The notes under the pieces are model-generated. The model searched no databases. It saw only the letters and a list, made by a program, of their open reading frames with translations, and was not told the origin of the DNA. Positions 59,910-64,000 of a stretch of DNA of 64,000 bases are shown here, piece by piece; the stretch's first letter is position 1; the number at the start of each line of letters is the position of its first letter. Made by a program: the position numbers and the translations under genes. Origin of the DNA: Candidatus Kapaibacterium sp. (lineage in GTDB: Bacteria; Bacteroidota; Ignavibacteria; Kapaibacteriales; UBA2268); assembly GCA_963664875.1 (NCBI GenBank), contig OY761611.1, positions 2,656,001 through 2,720,000 of the forward strand, given 5' to 3'.

Positions 59910-60641
59910 ATGACAAAAGTAGTTTTACTCGGTTATGGTCAAATGGGTAGAGAAATAGATTCTATTGCCAAAGAATTTGACGTAGAGATAGTTGCTAAAC
60001 TTGATTTAGCAGATGATATAAATGATTTGGATAAAATAGATTTTGATGTAGCTATTGATTTTACTATACCTATGGCGGTAGAAGATAACTTTCGAAAAGT
60101 AATTAGTCTTGGTAAAAGCATAGTAATTGGTACTACCGGGTGGTATGATAAATTGGACAGATTTAGAGAACTTGCAGAAAATTCTAACGGATCTTGCCTG
60201 TGGGGCTCAAATTTCTCTATAGGTATGCAGACATTCTACAGACTTATAGCAAACGCAGGCAGTCTGATAGACAAATTAGACGAATACGATGTTTCTGTGC
60301 ATGAAATACATCACAGACGTAAAAAAGACAGTCCAAGTGGCTCAGCTTTGGCTATTGCAAATATACTGCTTGAAAATGTAGATAGAAAAACAAGAATAAA
60401 AGAAGAAACATGCCACGAAGAAATAGATAAAAATTCAATCCATGTCAGCTCTTCAAGGATAGGAGCGATTACAGGCACTCATACTGTCTATATGGATTCG
60501 AAATCTGACACAATAGAGCTGACACACAGAGCTAAAAACAGACGTGGATTAGCTAAAGGAGCACTTGTGGCAGCAAAATGGCTTGCAGGCAAAAAAGGCT
60601 TTTACACTTTTAGTGACGTTTTAGATGAAATAATGGACTAA
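59910..60641 (+). CDS. dapB: 4-hydroxy-tetrahydrodipicolinate reductase
   Basis: GYGQMG, IDFT, IGTTG, SNFSIG, EIHHRRKKDSPSGSA. Confidence 0.95.
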   Translation: MTKVVLLGYGQMGREIDSIAKEFDVEIVAKLDLADDINDLDKIDFDVAIDFTIPMAVEDNFRKVISLGKSIVIGTTGWYDKLDRFRELAENSNGSCLWGSNFSIGMQTFYRLIANAGSLIDKLDEYDVSVHEIHHRRKKDSPSGSALAIANILLENVDRKTRIKEETCHEEIDKNSIHVSSSRIGAITGTHTVYMDSKSDTIELTHRAKNRRGLAKGALVAAKWLAGKKGFYTFSDVLDEIMD

Positions 60642-60646
60642 TCACC

Positions 60647-61069
60647 ATGAAGTTGCTTGGTATATTATTACTTGCTCTTTTTGCTGTTTCAATATTTGCA
60701 GAAGAAACCCAAGACTCTAACAATGGGCAAATGAGTAAAAAAGACAGTGTAGCAATAATAGATTTTTCTCCCCAAAAGTTAGAGCTTTTTGGGCATGAAG
60801 GACAGTTTTTTGATACAATGATTGTTGTGCATAACTACGGCAACATACCTTTGAAATTGAAAAAAGTGCAGGCGAGTTGCTCATGCTCCTCCGGTACTTT
60901 ACAGCAAGGAACGGTGATGCCCGATAAAACTGGAAAAATATATATATCTATCAACAAACATGGCTTGCACGGTGATGCTCGGCGAGTGGAGTTTGATGTT
61001 TATTCTAATGCGGAAGATCCTATCAGCAGTTTTGAAATAATCTTTTACGATAAAAAAAGCGGCGAATAA
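60647..61069 (+). CDS. DUF1573 domain secreted protein
   Basis: Signal peptide, N.GNIPLKL..VQASCSC, VYSNA. Confidence 0.82.
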   Translation: MKLLGILLLALFAVSIFAEETQDSNNGQMSKKDSVAIIDFSPQKLELFGHEGQFFDTMIVVHNYGNIPLKLKKVQASCSCSSGTLQQGTVMPDKTGKIYISINKHGLHGDARRVEFDVYSNAEDPISSFEIIFYDKKSGE

Positions 61070-61082
61070 GTCGCTTTTTTTT
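61052..61082 (+). terminator. intrinsic terminator overlapping the DUF1573 stop
   Basis: aaaaaaagcggc / gtcgctttttttt; separates the ECF operon from upstream transcription. Confidence 0.72.
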
Positions 61083-61091
61083 ATACACTTG

Positions 61092-61119
61092 TGTAACATT
61101 TATCTCCAATTATTGTTAT
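61092..61119 (+). promoter_or_regulatory. putative autoregulatory ECF promoter TGTAAC-N16-TGTTAT
   Basis: Lies in the 46-nt gap between the terminator and the sigma ATG; AAC -35 and GTT -10 cores are typical of ECF promoters. Confidence 0.72.
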
Positions 61120-61128
61120 ATATACAAG

Positions 61129-61698
61129 ATGCAAAAAAAAATAGAAGAATATAGTGATACCGAATTATACTATATGCTATGCGATGACAAAAGAACAGCA
61201 GAATTGGCTTTTGCTGAGTTATACGCAAGGCTTTCCGGTAAAGTATATGCCTATTGCTTAAGGTTTTTAGGCGATAAGGAAGAGGCTCGCGATATTTTTC
61301 AGGAAACTTTTGTAAAATTCCATCAAAGTGCCGATAAAGAAAGAGAAATGACTAATGTCCCCGGCTTTTTGATGAGAATTGCGAGAAATTTGTGTATCAA
61401 CGCAATCAGAAAAGACAACCCTGATGTCCCTTATGAGGATTATATGGGAGTTTACGACGAAGAAATTTCGAGAGATAAAAAAGAGTTGCTCGGTCTAATA
61501 AAAAAAGGTCTGCAATTAATGCCCGAAGAGTACCGTGAATATTTTGTGTTAAGGGAATACGACGGCTTTACTTACAACGAAATTGCTGAAATCATGAACA
61601 CTAATGTCGATACTGTAAAAGTAAAGATATTTAGAGCTAAAAAGAAAATGCGTGAGATACTTGCACCCTATTTGAAAGAATTGACAAACTATAGATAA
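61129..61698 (+). CDS. ECF (sigma-70 group 4) RNA polymerase sigma factor
   Basis: AFAELY, EARDIFQETF, RIARNLCIN region 2; YNEIAEIM..TVKVKIFRAK region 4. Confidence 0.95.
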   Translation: MQKKIEEYSDTELYYMLCDDKRTAELAFAELYARLSGKVYAYCLRFLGDKEEARDIFQETFVKFHQSADKEREMTNVPGFLMRIARNLCINAIRKDNPDVPYEDYMGVYDEEISRDKKELLGLIKKGLQLMPEEYREYFVLREYDGFTYNEIAEIMNTNVDTVKVKIFRAKKKMREILAPYLKELTNYR

Positions 61699-61703
61699 CG
61701 ATT

Positions 61704-62900
61704 ATGGACAATTTTAATCATAATGAGCTAAGCAGAGAGGAAATCCTGTCGCTTCTTATGGATGGTGAGCTACAAGATGCAAACGAGCAGTCCCTTTTTG
61801 CCGAATTGGCAAAAGAAACTGATTTGCAGGCTCAGCTAAAGGATACTTTAGCCATCAGAGAAGCTATCAAATCCGACAGCGAAGCCTTTGCTCCTCCGCC
61901 TGATCTTACAGCAGAGCTTTTTGATAAGCTCGGTTATGCTCAGCGACCTAAGATAGCTCCTTTGGGCTTCGATTGGTCAAGATTCATGAGACGTGTTGCC
62001 GCACCACTCATGTTGATGATGCTGGCAATAACCTTGCCATTGATATATAATGCAACTACTGATACTAACACTATAGACGCTTCTGTTCCGGTTATTTCTT
62101 CGGAAAGTATCGAGCAAGAGCACACAAATGTAGTCGAAGCAAATTCTGTTTCTACTACGGAGAATCTACAATCTCGCTCTGCAAATGCAGCTTTGGCAAC
62201 ATCTTCTAATCAAAGAATATTAACGGGCAATCAAGATGCAGATGAGTTCGCAGATAATGATGTATATGATGTAGTTTCAACTGAATCTGAGCCGGAAGAC
62301 TTTGCACAAAGCAATTTCTTAGACTCTAAAATCATTACTAACAGCAATATGTATTCAGATGTGATTTTAGTTGCAGACAACTCCGAAATGCAAAATTTTG
62401 CAATTTCTGACATTAAAGCAATAAGGCACACGAGACAAGATAGAGAGTGGACTCTCCACCTGCGAGGAATTTATAATCTTAATGCTGATAATGAAGCTAT
62501 GCAGGAATTTAATCCTACAAAAAGCTTTGCAGCCGGCATTATGATGAAACTTTCAGAAGATGTTTCATTCGGTCTCGAAGGTGGAAGAGAAGTTTATAGC
62601 TTTTCGAACACAATCGAGGGCTTGCAGGATGACCCTTATGTGTTTTGGTATGCTTTAAGTTTCCGTTATTTAGTCAACGAGCTTAACTTTTCAGGGATAA
62701 CACCTTATGTAAGAGTTAACGGTGGTGGCTCGTCACGAGGTCCTGTGTTTGCAGCATTTATTGGAGGCGAATACAGACTTTCTGATACTTATGCACTTAC
62801 TTTGGGCTATGGTGCAAATTTACTGACTTACAAATCAAATAATTTGCAGTATGCCACAAGCAAAACAGGGTTGAATTTCGGAATTAACTTTAGATTTTAA
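61704..62900 (+). CDS. anti-sigma factor with TM helix, low-complexity linker and C-terminal outer-membrane beta-barrel
   Basis: LSLLMDGEL anti-sigma-like N-terminus, TM AAPLMLMMLAITLPLIY, S/T/E/N/D-rich linker, amphipathic strands ending GLNFGINFRF. Confidence 0.75.
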   Translation: MDNFNHNELSREEILSLLMDGELQDANEQSLFAELAKETDLQAQLKDTLAIREAIKSDSEAFAPPPDLTAELFDKLGYAQRPKIAPLGFDWSRFMRRVAAPLMLMMLAITLPLIYNATTDTNTIDASVPVISSESIEQEHTNVVEANSVSTTENLQSRSANAALATSSNQRILTGNQDADEFADNDVYDVVSTESEPEDFAQSNFLDSKIITNSNMYSDVILVADNSEMQNFAISDIKAIRHTRQDREWTLHLRGIYNLNADNEAMQEFNPTKSFAAGIMMKLSEDVSFGLEGGREVYSFSNTIEGLQDDPYVFWYALSFRYLVNELNFSGITPYVRVNGGGSSRGPVFAAFIGGEYRLSDTYALTLGYGANLLTYKSNNLQYATSKTGLNFGINFRF

Positions 62901-62926
62901 CATAACCTAACATATCACTTGCATCA

Positions 62927-62963
62927 CAAAACCTCTATTTAAAAAAAGATAGAGGTTTTTTTT
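62927..62963 (+). terminator. intrinsic terminator after the ECF operon
   Basis: aaaacctctat / atagaggtttt with a T run. Confidence 0.8.
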
Positions 62964-63138
62964 TCGCTCAACCTGACGGAAAAGTTGAACTCCAATTCCA
63001 AAAACTCTAAGGTGTTTTAGGAAAATCTCTACTTCTCACAAGCCTTAACCCAAAATTTAATCTCTTTTCTTAAAATAAATTAGTAAATTGCATAGTTTAG
63101 TTAAAATATCTTTTGTGCAGAAACAGCGGTGCTTTAAT

Positions 63139-64000
63139 ATGCTTCTATCTATCAAATGGCTTAAAGAATTAGTTGATTTCGATTTGACTATTGAAGAACT
63201 CGATAAGACGCTCACGATGCTCGGTATCGAGGTAGAAGGAATTATCGATTATTCTAAAAAATATGATAAATTTTATACTGCTAAAGTAACTAGCAGAGAA
63301 AAACATCCGGATGCTGATAAACTTTCGATTTGTAAAGTCTCAGACGGCAAAGAGGAAAGAACTATAGTTTGCGGCGCTCCAAACGTAGATGCAGGTCAAA
63401 CCATTGTTCTTGCTACCGAAGGTGCTTTTGTGCCTGGACCGGAATTTGAAATCGCCAAACGAAAAGTAAGAGGCGTGGAATCCAACGGCATGATTTGCAG
63501 CAAAGATGAGCTTGAGCTTGGTGAATCTACGGGAGGTATATGGGTTCTTCCGGAAGACACTGAAATTGGGCAACCGCTTGCAGATTATTTAGATTTGAAT
63601 GATACCATCTTCGAAATATCGCTTACTCCAAACAAAGCGGACTGTATCAGTCATCTTGGAGTTGCCCGCGATTTAGCTGCGTATTTGAGAACAAAAGTGA
63701 AAACAGCAGACAAATCATTAGACGAAAAAGGCGATAATATTTCAAAATCTCTTAGCGTTGAGATTTTAGATGCAGAAAAATGCCCTCGCTATTCTGCAAG
63801 AGTAATCAGAAATACAAAAATTCAAGAGTCACCTGACTGGCTCAAAAATAGATTAATTGCTATTGGTCTTAGACCCATAAATGCGGCAGTTGACGTAACA
63901 AATTACGTAATGTATGAATGTGGTCAGCCGATGCACGCGTTTGATTTGGATACGGTTGCAGGTGGAAAAATCATTGTAAAAACTGTAGAGAACAAAACGA
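63139..64000 (+). CDS. pheT: phenylalanine--tRNA ligase beta subunit (truncated by the window end)
   Basis: Manual translation MLLSIKWLKELVD...GIEVE...KHPDADKL...IVCGAPNV...RGVESNGMICS...EISLTPNKADC.SHLGVARDL...CGQPMHAFD. Confidence 0.96.
   Translation, partial: MLLSIKWLKELVDFDLTIEELDKTLTMLGIEVEGIIDYSKKYDKFYTAKVTSREKHPDADKLSICKVSDGKEERTIVCGAPNVDAGQTIVLATEGAFVPGPEFEIAKRKVRGVESNGMICSKDELELGESTGGIWVLPEDTEIGQPLADYLDLNDTIFEISLTPNKADCISHLGVARDLAAYLRTKVKTADKSLDEKGDNISKSLSVEILDAEKCPRYSARVIRNTKIQESPDWLKNRLIAIGLRPINAAVDVTNYVMYECGQPMHAFDLDTVAGGKIIVKTVENKT

Noticed and set aside
63340-63573. 77-aa minus-strand ORF
   Set aside because: Antisense to pheT, which the ORF track missed because it runs off the window.

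Overview
AT-rich (roughly 35% GC by eye) bacterial chromosomal window. The gene content points to the FCB group (Bacteroidota/Ignavibacteria/Kapabacteria-like, by inference): several type IX secretion (T9SS) C-terminal sorting domains, DUF2795, a Bacteroidota-type L33, an orphan flagellar flhB and some Shine-Dalgarno sites. Most of it is housekeeping: rfbA, rpmG, nadA-nadC-nadB, msbA-like, monomeric icd, a BamA/TamA-family protein, ferritin, ftsL-ftsI, ruvB, tRNA-Arg(CCT), ybeY, recX, lolD-like, dapB and a partial pheT. It also holds a carotenoid glycoside/acyl-ester operon, a TPP-riboswitch-controlled TonB receptor, two tandem ~1850-aa T9SS beta-helix paralogues and an ECF sigma paired with an anti-sigma that probably spans both membranes. 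Best novel leads: (1) the ECF-type motif TGWAACAT-N14-TGTTAT lies upstream of the ECF sigma and of both giant T9SS genes, suggesting a trans-envelope regulon; (2) a WD40/T9SS gene is bracketed by direct repeats made of a T9SS-tail stub plus a REP-like palindrome; (3) a three-gene module encodes a secreted Cys peptide, a propeller lipoprotein and a CxxC protein; (4) the second giant paralogue shows an abrupt codon-usage switch. I saw no CRISPR array, integrase, transposase or reverse transcriptase. All calls come from reading the sequence; no searches were run.
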